Assembly: GCA_963720755.1 (NCBI GenBank)
Contig: CAVRGP010000011.1
Span: 544,001 to 608,000, forward strand
DNA from: an uncultured Chloroflexia bacterium
GTDB lineage: Bacteria > Chloroflexota > Limnocylindria > Limnocylindrales > CSP1-4
Direction of reading: 5' to 3'
Length of the DNA stretch: 64,000 nucleotides
Positions 50,564 to 61,613 of the stretch are shown piece after piece. A program made the translations under genes and the position numbers. A model generated the notes under the pieces. That model was not told the DNA's origin. It saw nothing but the letters and a program-made list of their open reading frames with translations, and ran no database searches. Each line of letters begins with the position of its first letter. Positions within the stretch are counted from its first letter, which is position 1.

Positions 50564-53500
50564 ATGATTCCCGCCAGACGATCGAGAGGCCACCTGCCGG
50601 CCCTCGCCTCGCTCGTGTTCGTGCTCCTCGCAACGATGCTGTCGTTCGGGGTGTCGCCAGTGCTCGCCGAATCGCCAGCGAACGTTCCCACCGGTTTCGC
50701 GGACCAGCTGGTCTTCGGCGGCCTGGACAATCCGATGGCGATCGCCTTCGCGCCGGATGGCGAAGTCTTCGTGGCGGAGAAGCGAGGCGTGATCCTCCGC
50801 TACTCCAGCCTGTCGGACACGACGCCCACCGTGTTCGCCGATCTCAACACGAACGTCCACAACTACTGGGACCGGGGCATGATGGGGCTGGCCGTCGATC
50901 CGGCGTACCCGACCAGGCCCTACGTCTACGTCCTGTACGCCTACAACCACGTCTTCGGTGACCCGGCTGCGGCGCCCAAGTGGCCGTCCAACTCCGGATC
51001 GGGCTACTACGGCGACCGCTGTCCGTCACCGCCCGGGGCGAACACGGACGGCTGCGTCATCTCCGGCCGACTGTCGCGTTTGACGTCGTCCGGCGGGGTC
51101 ATGTCCGGGTCCGAGCACGTCCTGATCGAGGATTGGTGCCAGCAGTTCCCGAGCCACTCACTGGGCAACCTGATGTTCGGAGCCGACGGCTCGTTGTACG
51201 TCTCTGCCGGGGAGGGCGCCGGGTTCAGCGGTGTCGACTACGGCCAATTCGGCGGATCCCTGACCGACACGCCGACACCCGCGAACCCGTGTGGCGATCC
51301 GCCGGGCGGCGTCGGGGTCGCCCTCAGCCCACCGACCGCGGAGGGAGGCTCGCTCCGCGCCCAGGATCTTCGGACGGCGGGCGATCCGGTCGGGCTGGAC
51401 GGGGCCATCCTGCGGATCGATCCGACGACGGGGGCCGGCTGGCCGACGAACGCGCTCGCCGGCTCAACTGATCCGAACGCACGCCGGATCATCGGCTATG
51501 GGCTGCGCAATCCCTTCCGGTTCACGATCCGCCCCGGCACGAACGAGATCTGGCTGGCCGATGTCGGTTTCGCCACCTGGGAGGAGATCGATCGTCTGCC
51601 CGATCCCACGGCCACGCCACGGAACTTCGGCTGGCCCTGCTGGGAGGGCAACGCGACCTTCCCAACCTACCAGGCGCTCGGCACGTCGATCTGTAACGGG
51701 CTCAGCGCCGGAGAGGTCACGACGCCGTTCTACGAGTACCAACATGGGGTCGATGTGGCCAGCGGCGATGGCTGCGGCACGTCGAATGGCGGATCGATCT
51801 CCGGCGTCACGTTCCTGCCCGCCTCGTCCACGTATCCGGGCGCCTACGACGGGGCGTTGTTCTTCGCCGACTATGTTCGCCGCTGCATCTGGTACCTGCC
51901 AGGTGGTGCGGGCGGGCTCCCGAGTGCAGGGCCAGCCAAGCTGTTCGCGGACCTCGATCGCACGGATGCCAGCGCGCGCGACGGCGGCGCGGTCTTCCTC
52001 ACGACCGACCCGAACGGCGAACTGCTGTACGTTGACTACGACCGGGGCGAGGTCCGCCGGATCCACTATTACGGTCTGGCCAACCCGCCGGTCGCGAAGT
52101 TCACGACGACGCCGTCGTCCGGCCCGGCACCACTCCAGGTGTCCTTCGACGCCAGCACCTCGACGAGTTCGCACGGTGCGTTGACCTACGCCTGGGACCT
52201 CAACGGCGACGGCCTGTTCGACGACGCGACCGGCGCGACCGCTCAGCGGACCTACTCGTCGCTGGGCCAGGTCACCGTCGGCCTGAAGGTGACCGACCCC
52301 GCCAACCTGACCGGGATGACGACGCACGTCATCTCCGTGGATGAATCGCCGCCGTCGGTCACCATCGACCTGCCCGACCCCGGCCTGCACTGGAAGGTCG
52401 GCGACACGATCGACTTCAGTGGGTCGGCGACGGATCTCCAGGACGGGGTCCTTCCCGCCTCGGCGTTCGACTGGACGATCATCATGCGGCACTGTCCATC
52501 GGGCTGCCACTCCCATATCATCGAAACGGACAGCGGGGTCGCGTCGGGTAGTTTCGTGGCCCCGGATCACGAGGTGCCGTCGCACATCCAGTTGAGCGTC
52601 ACCGTCACCGACTCTGCCGGCCTGACCGGATCGGCCTCGATCGACCTGTACCCGCTCACCGGTACGGTCACCACGACCTCCGCTCCGACCGGCATCGCGA
52701 CGACGGCCGGCGACGACACGGGCCAGACCGCCTCGGCGACCGCCATCGTCAAGTCCAGCGTCAGCGTCAGCGCGCCGGCGTCGAGCGTCATCGGCGAAGA
52801 CATCTGGTCGTTCCAGTCCTGGTCCGACGGGGGTGCCCGGACGCACCAGGTCCCGGTCGTGACCGGGACGACGGCGCTGACGGCGACCTACACACGAACC
52901 GGAACGGTCGACGCATCCGATACCTGTTCGGGAGCGGCTCCACCCGTTGACCCGACGGGGAGATGGCAGACGGCCTCGTTCGGGGTACCGGGAGACGTCG
53001 ATTGGTATCGATTCAAGCTGACCGCGACGAAGCGAGTCCGTCTGGTGCTCGGGGATCTCACGGTCCCGGGGAGGCTGGCTCTCTACCAGGGGTGCAGCAA
53101 GCTGCTCAGAGTCTCGGATCGTCCGGGACTCGGCTCCGAGGAGCTGATCCAAGAAGCTGGCAGCCGGGAACTATGCGATCCGCGTGAGTGGAAGCGGCGG
53201 TCCATCGACCGGGCAACACGCCCTGCTCATCAAGAGGATGCCGGCCGGCGTCCGTGTGCTGTCATCCAAGGCGCGGATCGGCGGCAGCACCCTGCGCCTC
53301 GTCGGGGAGGTCTATAACAACACCTCGAGGACGGTCGGACCAGTCGTCGTCACCGCCAGGCTGTACGACGTCACGGGCAAACTCCTCGCGACCCGGTCAC
53401 ATGCTGTCGACCTGAAGTTCGTCAAGCCCCTGACCCGGGCGCCGTTCAGCATCGTCGGCAGCCTGCCCGCTGGGTTCGACCACGCCGCGTGGAGCGTCAA

Positions 53501-53801
53501 GGCACCGACGACGTACAAGCATATCGTCAGGCCCAGGGCGACGATCCTCACGTCGGGACCGGATGCCGCCGGACATTGGGTCGTGACCGGCACGATCAAG
53601 AACACCAAGTCGTACACGGTCCGGTACCTGCGCTTCGCGGTGACCCTCTACGACGCCCGCGGGAACGTGGTGGATGTCGTGCGCGCGCACGTCGGCCAGC
53701 GAACCCTCGGGCGTGGGAGATCGACGACATTCGTGGCGACGTTCGGGTCGACGGGGATCACCCCGGATCGGGTCGACGTCCGGGCGATGGCGGTTCGCTG
53801 A
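50564..53801 (+). pseudogene. Secreted GSDH (PQQ-dependent sugar dehydrogenase-like) beta-propeller + PKD + PPC + 2x FxLYD protein, split by a +1 frameshift at about 53151
   Basis: Signal peptide ...SPVLA|ES; DRGMMGLA.DP, YGLRNPFR, DVG...WEEI, NFGWP; PKD APLQVSFDAS...YAWDL; the reading continues in the 53184-53801 frame after GSEELIQ; real lesion or sequencing error is unresolved. Confidence 0.75.
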
Positions 53802-53869
53802 CCGGCTTCGCGGTCCGTTTCACGGTCCGGATCCAGGGATCGCCCACAGCTTGCCCGCAGCAGATCCAG

Positions 53870-54982
53870 CTAATGCCCGGCGATGATGACTTGGCGAAGT
53901 CCATCGCCGTCCCGCAGGCGTGCGAACGCCCCTTCGAGGTCGTCAAGCCCGATCCGCCGGTCGATGAGGCGTTCGATCGGAAGGCGGCCGGCGAGATTCA
54001 GGTCCGCGTAGTGGGGGAAGTCCGCCGCCGGGTCGGCAAAGCCGTAGTTCGAGCCGAGGACCCGGCGGCTGCCATCGACGAACGGGTACACGGCGAATGA
54101 CGCGCGGGCGTCGGCCGGCGTCATCCCGACGAGCACGGCAGTCCCGCCGATCGGCAATGCCGAGATCGCGGATTCGACCGTCGTCGGGCTGCCGATCGCC
54201 TCGAAGATGAAGTCGGGCCCACCATCGGTCAGGTCACGCAGGGCCTCGACCGTCGCGGCGGGGTCTTTGCCGGCGAGGATCCCGTGCGTCGCGCCGAGCG
54301 CGCGGGCCGTGGCGAGCTTCGCCTCGACTTGGTCGATGGCGACGATCGGCGATGCTTTGGCAAGGACGGCCCCCATCACGCACGACAGGCCGACACCCCC
54401 GAGTCCGAGCACCGCCACGCTTGCACCCGCCGGCACGGCCGCCGTCTTCAGGACCGCCCCGACTCCCGTCGTCACGCAACAGCCGATCAGGGCGGCAACG
54501 GCAGGATCGACACCGTTCGGGATCGCGATGGCAGCGGCCGCCGGGACGACGACCGCCTCCGCCATCGTGCCGATGCCGCAATAGGACAGGATTGGGGCGC
54601 CGTCCCCCGACGTGAACACCGTAGATCCATCCGGCATGCGGTGCCGGAACGAGGGCGACTGGGGACAGAGCCATGGTCGCCCGCCGCGGCACGCCCGGCA
54701 GGTCCCACAGGGGACGAGCCAGGACAACGCCACCGGCTGGCCGACCGCGAGATCCGCGACGTCGGGTCCGATCGCCTCGACGATGCCCGCCCCCTCGTGG
54801 CCCATGACGATCGGTGTGGGCCGCGGCCAGTCGCCATCGCGGACGTGCAGGTCCGAGTGGCAGACACCCGATGCCAGGACTCTGACACGGACCTCACCGG
54901 GCCGAGGATCCGCGAGGGCCAGATCCTCGATCGTGACGGGTTTGCCTGTCGAACGAAGGACTGCTGCTCGCGTCGCCGTCAT
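53870..54982 (-). CDS. Zn-dependent (MDR) alcohol dehydrogenase, class-III-like
   Basis: GVCHSD, GHEG, CGTCRAC...C structural Zn, GCCVTTG, GLGGVG; ATG overlaps the malic enzyme stop. Confidence 0.93.
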   Translation of the reverse strand: MTATRAAVLRSTGKPVTIEDLALADPRPGEVRVRVLASGVCHSDLHVRDGDWPRPTPIVMGHEGAGIVEAIGPDVADLAVGQPVALSWLVPCGTCRACRGGRPWLCPQSPSFRHRMPDGSTVFTSGDGAPILSYCGIGTMAEAVVVPAAAAIAIPNGVDPAVAALIGCCVTTGVGAVLKTAAVPAGASVAVLGLGGVGLSCVMGAVLAKASPIVAIDQVEAKLATARALGATHGILAGKDPAATVEALRDLTDGGPDFIFEAIGSPTTVESAISALPIGGTAVLVGMTPADARASFAVYPFVDGSRRVLGSNYGFADPAADFPHYADLNLAGRLPIERLIDRRIGLDDLEGAFARLRDGDGLRQVIIAGH

Positions 54983-56712
54983 GTCCGGCGACGTTCGACC
55001 GCCCGGTCGGGTCGATACGGCACGTAGTCGGGCCACCACATGGCGGCGTCGATGACGGCCTCCACATCGGTCGACGGGTCGATCCCGGCAAGACCGGCGT
55101 CGATCGCCTCGTGCGCGACGGCGGTCGCGATCGAACGTGACACCTGGCGCAGGTCGTCGACCGGCGGGTAGATGACCCCGGCCGCCAGCCGTGCTTCGGT
55201 GACCGCGGACGCGAGCGTACCTGCGGCCAGCAGGAACATCCGGTCGGTGATCATGCTGGTCTCGGCGGCGATGGCGCCGAGACCGAGGCCCGGGAAGATG
55301 AACACGTTGTTGGCCTGACCGATGATCTGCCGCCGTCCGTTCGCGTCGACGGGCTCGAATGGCGAACCCGTCGCGACGACGGCTCGACCATCGGACCAGC
55401 GCAGGACATCGTCCGGGGTCGCCTCGGCGGCCGAAGTCGGGTTCGAGAGCGGCAGGACGATGGGTCGCGGTACGCCGGCGGCGACGGCCCGGATCGTCGG
55501 CTCGTCGAACGTGCCGCCGACGCCGGTCGTCCCGACGAGGACGGTCGGTCGAACCCGTTCGACGGTCTCGATCAGCCCCGGATATTCGGTCGAGAAGCCG
55601 TAGTCCGTGAATGCTCCGGCCGGGAGGGCGAGCTCACGCTTGCTCGGGTCGAGATCTTCGCGCCGGTCGTGGACCTGACCCTTTGAGTCGACCAGGACGA
55701 GTGACCGCCGGACATCCGCCTCGGGGATCCCTTCTTCGAGCATGGCCAGTCGGAGCAATCGGGCGATCCCGATGCCGGCGGCCCCGGCGCCGGCCAGGAC
55801 GACCCGCGCATCTGCCAGCGATGTCCCAAGGAGACGCAGCCCGGCGAGCAATCCGCCGAGCACGACCGCCGAGGTCCCCTGGATATCGTCGTTGAAGGAG
55901 GGCACGCGAAGTCGGTATCGATCGAGGATCCGCAGCGCGTTCGCCTGCTTGAAGTCTTCCCATTGGATCAGGCAGCCGGGCCACACTTCGGCGACGCCAT
56001 CCACGAACGCCTCGACGAGGGCGTCGTATTCGGATCCGCGAAGCCGAGGTTGGCGATACCCGACATAGAGCGGGTCGGCCAGGAGGGTCGGATTGTCGGT
56101 GCCCACGTCCAGTGAAACGGGCAGCGTGAGCGCGGGATGGATACCACTCCCCGCCGTATACAGCGCCAGCTTGCCGATCGGGATGGGCATCCCGCCGGCA
56201 CCCTGGTCACCGAGCCCGAGGATCCGTTCGTTGTCGGTCACGACGACCAGACGGACATCCTTGTACGGCCCTTGCCGCAGCAGGGTCGGGATCCGGTCCC
56301 GGTCGGCGGGGGTGATCCAGGTGCCCCGGGTCCGCCGCAGGATGTGGCTGAACTGCTGGCACGCCCGGCCGACCGTCGGCGTGTAGACGATCGGCAGGAA
56401 CTCCTCGAGATGCTCGGCCAGGAGCCGATAGAACAGCGTCGCGTTGCGGTCCTGGAGGGCCGCCAGCCCGATGTACTGCTCGAGCCCATCGTCCTTGCGG
56501 CGCAGATGCTCGAGTTCGAGGTCGACCTGTTCCTCGATCCCGAGGACCGCGTCGGGGAGGAGTCCGCGGAGCCCGAACGCATCGCGCTCGGCGGGCGTGA
56601 ACGCCAGGTCCTTGGTGAGCAGGCGGCTGCCCAGCAGGGCGGGCCCGGCCAGCCCGACTGGCGCGGTCCGACCAGCCGCGATGTCGTCGAACGGCACGGG
56701 CAACGGTCGCAC
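54979..56712 (-). CDS. maeA: NAD-dependent malic enzyme (large, MaeA/SfcA type)
   Basis: LPIVYTPTVG, VTDNERILGLGD, QWEDF, FNDDIQGT, GAGAAG, PLSNPT, QANN..IFPG; start GTG 56712 (alternatives 56724, 56739). Confidence 0.93.
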   Translation of the reverse strand: MRPLPVPFDDIAAGRTAPVGLAGPALLGSRLLTKDLAFTPAERDAFGLRGLLPDAVLGIEEQVDLELEHLRRKDDGLEQYIGLAALQDRNATLFYRLLAEHLEEFLPIVYTPTVGRACQQFSHILRRTRGTWITPADRDRIPTLLRQGPYKDVRLVVVTDNERILGLGDQGAGGMPIPIGKLALYTAGSGIHPALTLPVSLDVGTDNPTLLADPLYVGYRQPRLRGSEYDALVEAFVDGVAEVWPGCLIQWEDFKQANALRILDRYRLRVPSFNDDIQGTSAVVLGGLLAGLRLLGTSLADARVVLAGAGAAGIGIARLLRLAMLEEGIPEADVRRSLVLVDSKGQVHDRREDLDPSKRELALPAGAFTDYGFSTEYPGLIETVERVRPTVLVGTTGVGGTFDEPTIRAVAAGVPRPIVLPLSNPTSAAEATPDDVLRWSDGRAVVATGSPFEPVDANGRRQIIGQANNVFIFPGLGLGAIAAETSMITDRMFLLAAGTLASAVTEARLAAGVIYPPVDDLRQVSRSIATAVAHEAIDAGLAGIDPSTDVEAVIDAAMWWPDYVPYRPDRAVERRRT

Positions 56713-56822
56713 GTCCTCGAGCATAACCGGGCCGGCCACGGGCGTCTCGGCTATGAGGTCCTGGCGACCCCTGGCCCCATCCGGGGGTGACAGATCCAGC
56801 CGTCGTCTGTGATGCTGTCGGC

Positions 56823-58415
56823 ATGCGACGTCGCGCCGCCCTCGCCCTCGCCCTCATTTCCCTCCTGACATTGTGGGCGACCCCGTTCACCCGCGCTGCC
56901 GACTTCCCGGCCAAGGATTCCGGCTACCACACCTACCCGGAGATGGTCGCGGAGATCGAGGCGACGGCCGCCGCCTACCCGGATATCGTCGCCCTGTCGT
57001 CGATCGGCCACAGCTATAAGGGCCGCGATCTGTGGGTGGCCAAGGTGTCGGACAACGTCGCCACGGACGAGCCGGAACCGGAGGTCCTGTTCGACGCGTT
57101 GCACCACGCCCGCGAACACCTGTCGCTCGAGCAGAACCTGGCGATCCTGCGTTGGCTGACTGAAGGCTATGGCACGGATCCCCAGATCACGAACCTCGTC
57201 GACGAGCGGGAGATCTGGATCGTGTTCGCGGTCAACCCGGATGGTGCCGAGTACGACCTTACCGGCTCGCCGTATCGCGCCTGGCGGAAAAGCCGCCAGC
57301 CGAATCCTGGCTACAAGGCCATCGGCACCGATCTCAATCGCAACTATGGCTATCACTGGGCCTGCTGTGGCGGCTCCTCGACCCACCCGGCGTCGGACAC
57401 GTACCGCGGGCCGTCCGCCTTCTCCGCCCCGGAGACACGGGCGATCCGCGATTTCATCGACAGTCGTCGGATCGGTGGTATCCAGCAGATCAGGACGGCC
57501 GTCACCTTCCATACCGCCGGGGAGCAGATCCTGTGGCCGTACGGCTACACGAAGCAGGCCGTGCCGTACGACATGACGATCGCCGACCACAAGGCGCTGG
57601 CCGCACTCGGCAAGCAGATGGCGGCGACCAACGGCTACACGGCGATGCAGTCGAGCAGCCTGTATGTCACGGACGGCGATGAGATCGACTGGGCGTACGG
57701 GATCCAGCACATCTTCATGTACACGTTCGAGCTCTATCCGAGCCACGCCAAGGTGAATTCACTCAAGCGCTTCTATCCACCCGACGAAGTCATCGGTCCG
57801 CAAACGGAACGGAACAAGGCGGCCATCCTGAAGCTCATCGAGGCCGCCGGATGCCCCTACGGCGCCGCCGGCACGGCCAGGAAGAATTGCGGCCCGCTCT
57901 ACGACTCCTTCGAAACCGCGGGCGGCTGGACGGTGGACCCGCTCGGGACCGATACGGCGAGTGCCGGGGGGTGGCAGCGCGCCGATCCCAAGGCGACAGC
58001 CCGCCAGGCCGGCTCGGTGCCATCCGGGTCCCGCGCGCTCGTGACGGGTGCCAAGGCCGGTTCGAGCGCCCACGCCTACGACGTTGACGGGGGCGTCACG
58101 ACCGTTCGCTCACCAGCGATCGAGCTGACGGATCCGGTGGGGGATCTGACCTTCCGCTCCTACTTCGCCCACAGCGCCAATGCCACGAAGGCGGACTACT
58201 TCCGAGTCTACGTGGAGGGCACGGACGGCATCCGAACGCTCGTCTTCCAGGAGCGTGGTGCCGCGAACAAGGACCTGCCTCGATGGTCCAACGTGTCGAT
58301 CCCGATGACGCCGTGGGCCGGCCAGACGATCAGGATCGTCTTCGCCGCCGCCGACCTCGGTCGGCCGAGCACGATCGAGGCCGCAGTCGACGACGTCAGG
58401 ATCACTCGCCCCTGA
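56823..58415 (+). CDS. Secreted M14 zinc carboxypeptidase (carboxypeptidase T-like) with C-terminal beta domain
   Basis: Signal peptide [15 protein letters not shown]..., HHARE, NPDG, DLNRN, TFH, FELYP. Confidence 0.93.
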   Translation: MRRRAALALALISLLTLWATPFTRAADFPAKDSGYHTYPEMVAEIEATAAAYPDIVALSSIGHSYKGRDLWVAKVSDNVATDEPEPEVLFDALHHAREHLSLEQNLAILRWLTEGYGTDPQITNLVDEREIWIVFAVNPDGAEYDLTGSPYRAWRKSRQPNPGYKAIGTDLNRNYGYHWACCGGSSTHPASDTYRGPSAFSAPETRAIRDFIDSRRIGGIQQIRTAVTFHTAGEQILWPYGYTKQAVPYDMTIADHKALAALGKQMAATNGYTAMQSSSLYVTDGDEIDWAYGIQHIFMYTFELYPSHAKVNSLKRFYPPDEVIGPQTERNKAAILKLIEAAGCPYGAAGTARKNCGPLYDSFETAGGWTVDPLGTDTASAGGWQRADPKATARQAGSVPSGSRALVTGAKAGSSAHAYDVDGGVTTVRSPAIELTDPVGDLTFRSYFAHSANATKADYFRVYVEGTDGIRTLVFQERGAANKDLPRWSNVSIPMTPWAGQTIRIVFAAADLGRPSTIEAAVDDVRITRP

Positions 58416-59529
58416 CCGGCAGGCGCACCACGATGGTCGTCCCGGCCCCGATTTCGGATGTCGCCTCGATCTCGCCGTCGTGAGCGACGACGAGCTGACG
58501 GGCGATCGCCAGGCCGAGCCCGGACCCTGCAGACGCATCGCCCTTGGCGAACCGGTCGAAGACCAGGGGCAAGAGACTCGGTTCGATGCCCGTGCCGGAG
58601 TCGCGGACCTCCAACCGGACCCAGCCCGCGTCCACCGCGGTTCCGGTCACCCTGATCGTGCCGCCCGACGGCGTGTGACGAAGCGCGTTGGCGACGAGGT
58701 TCGAGATCACCTCGCGGATGCGGACCGGATCGATGTCGACCATCGGTAGATCGGATCCGATATCGGCGATCAACTCGACGCCCGCCGTCAGGGCGGCAGG
58801 TTCGAACGACCGCACGACATCCGAGGTGAGGACGTCGAGATCGGTCGGCTCCCGGTGCAGCGTGAGGGTCCCGGCCTCGGACAGGGCCAGCGTTCGTAGA
58901 TCGTCGACCAACCGGGCAAGGACGCGGGTCTCCTCGAGGATCGTCTGGAGGTGTGCTCCGTCTGCCGGATAGATGCCATCGAGGATGGCCTCGATGTGGC
59001 CCTGGACCACGCTCAGTGGCGTGCGCAACTCGTGGCTGATATCGGCCAGCAGCGTCCGCCGCTGTCGTTCGTCGGCCTCCAGCCGTGCGGCCATGGCATC
59101 GAAATCGCGATCGAGTTGTCGAGCTGCCCGGATGGCCCCGGCCGACGATCGGGTCGACCCGATCCGGACCGAGTAATCACCCTCGCTGACCCGCCGGGTC
59201 GCCTCGACGAGGCCATCGAGCTCCCGAGCCGTGGCGAACAGCGTCCGACCCATCCAGCCGAGGACGAGGGCCAGGAAGCCCAGGGCCACGATGACGGGCA
59301 GCGCGCCAAGGCTGGACAGGACCAACGTCGTGGCGGCGATCAACGATCCGGCGATGAGCAGGAAGACCAGCCCGAACAGGCAGCCGAATCCCTGGGGTGG
59401 CCCGTAGCGGGCGGGCCGGTGGCCACCCCGAGCCCGCCGCCTGAGCCGGGCCTTCCGCCACTCGTCGCGGGTCTGTCTCCAGTCCTCGCCGGATCGCGGT
59501 CCCGACTGGTGATCCTCTTCCCCGGGCAT
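58402..59529 (-). CDS. Sensor histidine kinase (2 TM with short loop, HAMP, HisKA, HATPase)
   Basis: [38 protein letters not shown]. Confidence 0.96.
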   Translation of the reverse strand: MPGEEDHQSGPRSGEDWRQTRDEWRKARLRRRARGGHRPARYGPPQGFGCLFGLVFLLIAGSLIAATTLVLSSLGALPVIVALGFLALVLGWMGRTLFATARELDGLVEATRRVSEGDYSVRIGSTRSSAGAIRAARQLDRDFDAMAARLEADERQRRTLLADISHELRTPLSVVQGHIEAILDGIYPADGAHLQTILEETRVLARLVDDLRTLALSEAGTLTLHREPTDLDVLTSDVVRSFEPAALTAGVELIADIGSDLPMVDIDPVRIREVISNLVANALRHTPSGGTIRVTGTAVDAGWVRLEVRDSGTGIEPSLLPLVFDRFAKGDASAGSGLGLAIARQLVVAHDGEIEATSEIGAGTTIVVRLPVRGE

Positions 59530-60221
59530 CAGTCCGCATCCCGATCATCGGCGAACCGGTAACCGACGCCATAGGCGGTCAGGATGTATCGCGGGCGACG
59601 AGGATCGGGCTCGAGCTTGCGCCGCAGGTTCTTGATATGCGAATCGATGGCCCGCTCGTACGTCTCGAACGCGACGCCGTGCAAGGCATCGAGCAGCTGG
59701 CCACGGGTGAAGATGCGGCCCGGTCGGCCCGCGAGGGTGGAAAGCAATCGAAACTCGGTCGAGGTGAGGTCGACCGCCGAGCCCGCGAGCTCGGCTCGCA
59801 TCGTCGGCAGATCGAGGGTCAGGTCGCCGGCGCGGATCGTCTCCCCGCTGTCGGGAGCCCGCTCGGTCCGCCGAAGGACGGCACGAACGCGGGCGACCAG
59901 CTCGCGAGGGCTGAATGGCTTGGTCAGGTAGTCGTCGGCACCAAGTTCGAGTCCCAGCAGCTTGTCGAATTCGTCGTCGCGTGCCGTGAGCATCACGATC
60001 GGGACGGATGACCCACGACGGATCTCGCGGGTCACATCGAGGCCGTCCAGCCCGGGCAGCCCCAGATCGAGCACGATCAGATCGGGCCGACGGGTCCGGA
60101 AGGCGGAGACCGCGGCGTTGCCGTCGTGGGCGGTCAGCACGGCGAACCCGGCGTGCTCGAGGTAATCCCGGGCCAGCGCCGCGATCTTCGCTTCGTCATC
60201 GACGACAAGGATCGTCTTCAT
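59529..60221 (-). CDS. OmpR/PhoB-family response regulator
   Basis: ILVVDDE, LDLGLP (phospho-Asp), MLTA, KPFS, R.IDSHIKNLRRK, GVGY. Confidence 0.97.
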   Translation of the reverse strand: MKTILVVDDEAKIAALARDYLEHAGFAVLTAHDGNAAVSAFRTRRPDLIVLDLGLPGLDGLDVTREIRRGSSVPIVMLTARDDEFDKLLGLELGADDYLTKPFSPRELVARVRAVLRRTERAPDSGETIRAGDLTLDLPTMRAELAGSAVDLTSTEFRLLSTLAGRPGRIFTRGQLLDALHGVAFETYERAIDSHIKNLRRKLEPDPRRPRYILTAYGVGYRFADDRDAD

Positions 60222-60302
60222 CGGCCGATCGTAGTCGGACAGGCGCCTCGGGACGAGCCGGACCCCGAGGCGCCGATGGTGGTTTCGTGTCGGGGCCGGC
60301 GC

Positions 60303-60752
60303 TCAGGACGGGTCGATCGGACCGGCATCTGGTTTCGACGGGTCGCTCGGCTGGCCGGACGACCCATCGTGAGCCAGGCGATGCCAGGTGTCGAAGGTCT
60401 CGCGTGCCCGACCCTCCCATGACGGCTGACCCCAGGAACCCCCGTGCCCGTGGTCGCTCCGCATCGCACCCGGGTTCCAACCGCCGCGTCGCCACATCCC
60501 GCGGAAGAACACGAGCCGCAGCAGCGCGAAGACGACGAACACGAAGAAGAGGGTCACAAAGAGGTCGAAGACCCCGAACCCTGCGCCGTGCCAGGCGGGT
60601 CCGTACGGGACGATGACGGGTGTGACGACCGATCCACTCGTGATGCTGGAACTGATCGCCGAGTCGAGTCCAGCTTGATAGGCGGTCGTGGCGATCACCC
60701 CGCCACCGATGGCGAGGACGACGATGAGAAGGATGGCGGCGATGGCGCGCAT
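60303..60752 (-). CDS. Small membrane protein (2 TM, Gly/Trp/His-rich tail)
   Basis: MRAIAAILLIVVLAIGGG...FGVFDLFVTLFFVFVVFALLRLVFF; AGGAG SD upstream. Confidence 0.75.
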   Translation of the reverse strand: MRAIAAILLIVVLAIGGGVIATTAYQAGLDSAISSSITSGSVVTPVIVPYGPAWHGAGFGVFDLFVTLFFVFVVFALLRLVFFRGMWRRGGWNPGAMRSDHGHGGSWGQPSWEGRARETFDTWHRLAHDGSSGQPSDPSKPDAGPIDPS

Positions 60753-60817
60753 GGGTGCAGCACTCCTGTGACGTGCCAGGTCCGCCCTGGACCTGGTCCC
60801 CTCGATCGTCACGGCCC

Positions 60818-60837
60818 GATGTGGAGGAGATGTGGAG
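60818..60837 (-). promoter_or_regulatory. Tandem direct repeat, probable OmpR-family operator
   Basis: GATGTGGAG at 60818-26 and 60829-37 (11-bp period), just upstream of a -10-like GACGAT (60810-05, minus strand). Confidence 0.6.
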
Positions 60838-60967
60838 ACGGCATGGCGAGATCGACGCCCAGGAGCGGTCGAGCACCTTGTTCGGGGCTGTATAGTCCGC
60901 TCCGAGGGCGTCCGAACAAGTCTGCCTGTGCCCTGGCAGCGGACGCCGAGAGGGTTGGAGGAACTCG

Positions 60968-61606
60968 ATGTCAGTCGAGGGGATCATCATCGGCCTGCTG
61001 GCCATCGTCATCGGCCTGGCCTGGGCCACGTACGGACTCAAACTCTTCACGATCCTGCTGCCGCTATGGGCATTCCTGTTCGGACTCGTCGCCGGGGCGC
61101 AATGGGGTCAGGATGTGTTCGGTGACGGGGTCTTCTCGACCGTCCTGTCGTGGGGGATCGGTCTCGTCTTCGGCATCGTCCTCGCGGCGATCTCCTTCTT
61201 CTGGTACTACGCCGCGATCGTGCTCCTGGCCGGGGCGGCGGGCTACACGCTGGCCGTCGGCTTGTTCGTCACGCTCGGGACGGGGACGGGCCTCATCGTC
61301 ACCCTGATCGGCCTGATCGTCGGGGCGATCTTCGCCGTCGGTACGTTCATGCTCGGGGTCCCGATCCTGCTGGTCATGGTCTTCTCGGCGGCGACCGGCG
61401 CTGCAGCCGTGGTCAACGGCGTGTTCATCTTCCTTGGCCAGATCAAGGTCGAGGACCTGTACGCGGGGATCTTCGGATCGCTGCTTCACTCGGGCCTCGT
61501 GGCCACCGTCGTCTACATCGTCCTCGCCGTGGCGGCCCTGATGTACCAGATCCGTGACGTCGGGTCGTCCGTCTCGACGGTCGATCGGAGTTCGTACCGC
61601 TACTAG
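60968..61606 (+). CDS. Polytopic membrane protein (DUF4203/TM7S3-like)
   Basis: About 7 hydrophobic Gly-rich helices; GGAGG SD; TATAGT -10 at 60891-96. Confidence 0.8.
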   Translation: MSVEGIIIGLLAIVIGLAWATYGLKLFTILLPLWAFLFGLVAGAQWGQDVFGDGVFSTVLSWGIGLVFGIVLAAISFFWYYAAIVLLAGAAGYTLAVGLFVTLGTGTGLIVTLIGLIVGAIFAVGTFMLGVPILLVMVFSAATGAAAVVNGVFIFLGQIKVEDLYAGIFGSLLHSGLVATVVYIVLAVAALMYQIRDVGSSVSTVDRSSYRY

Positions 61607-61613
61607 CCCCAAG

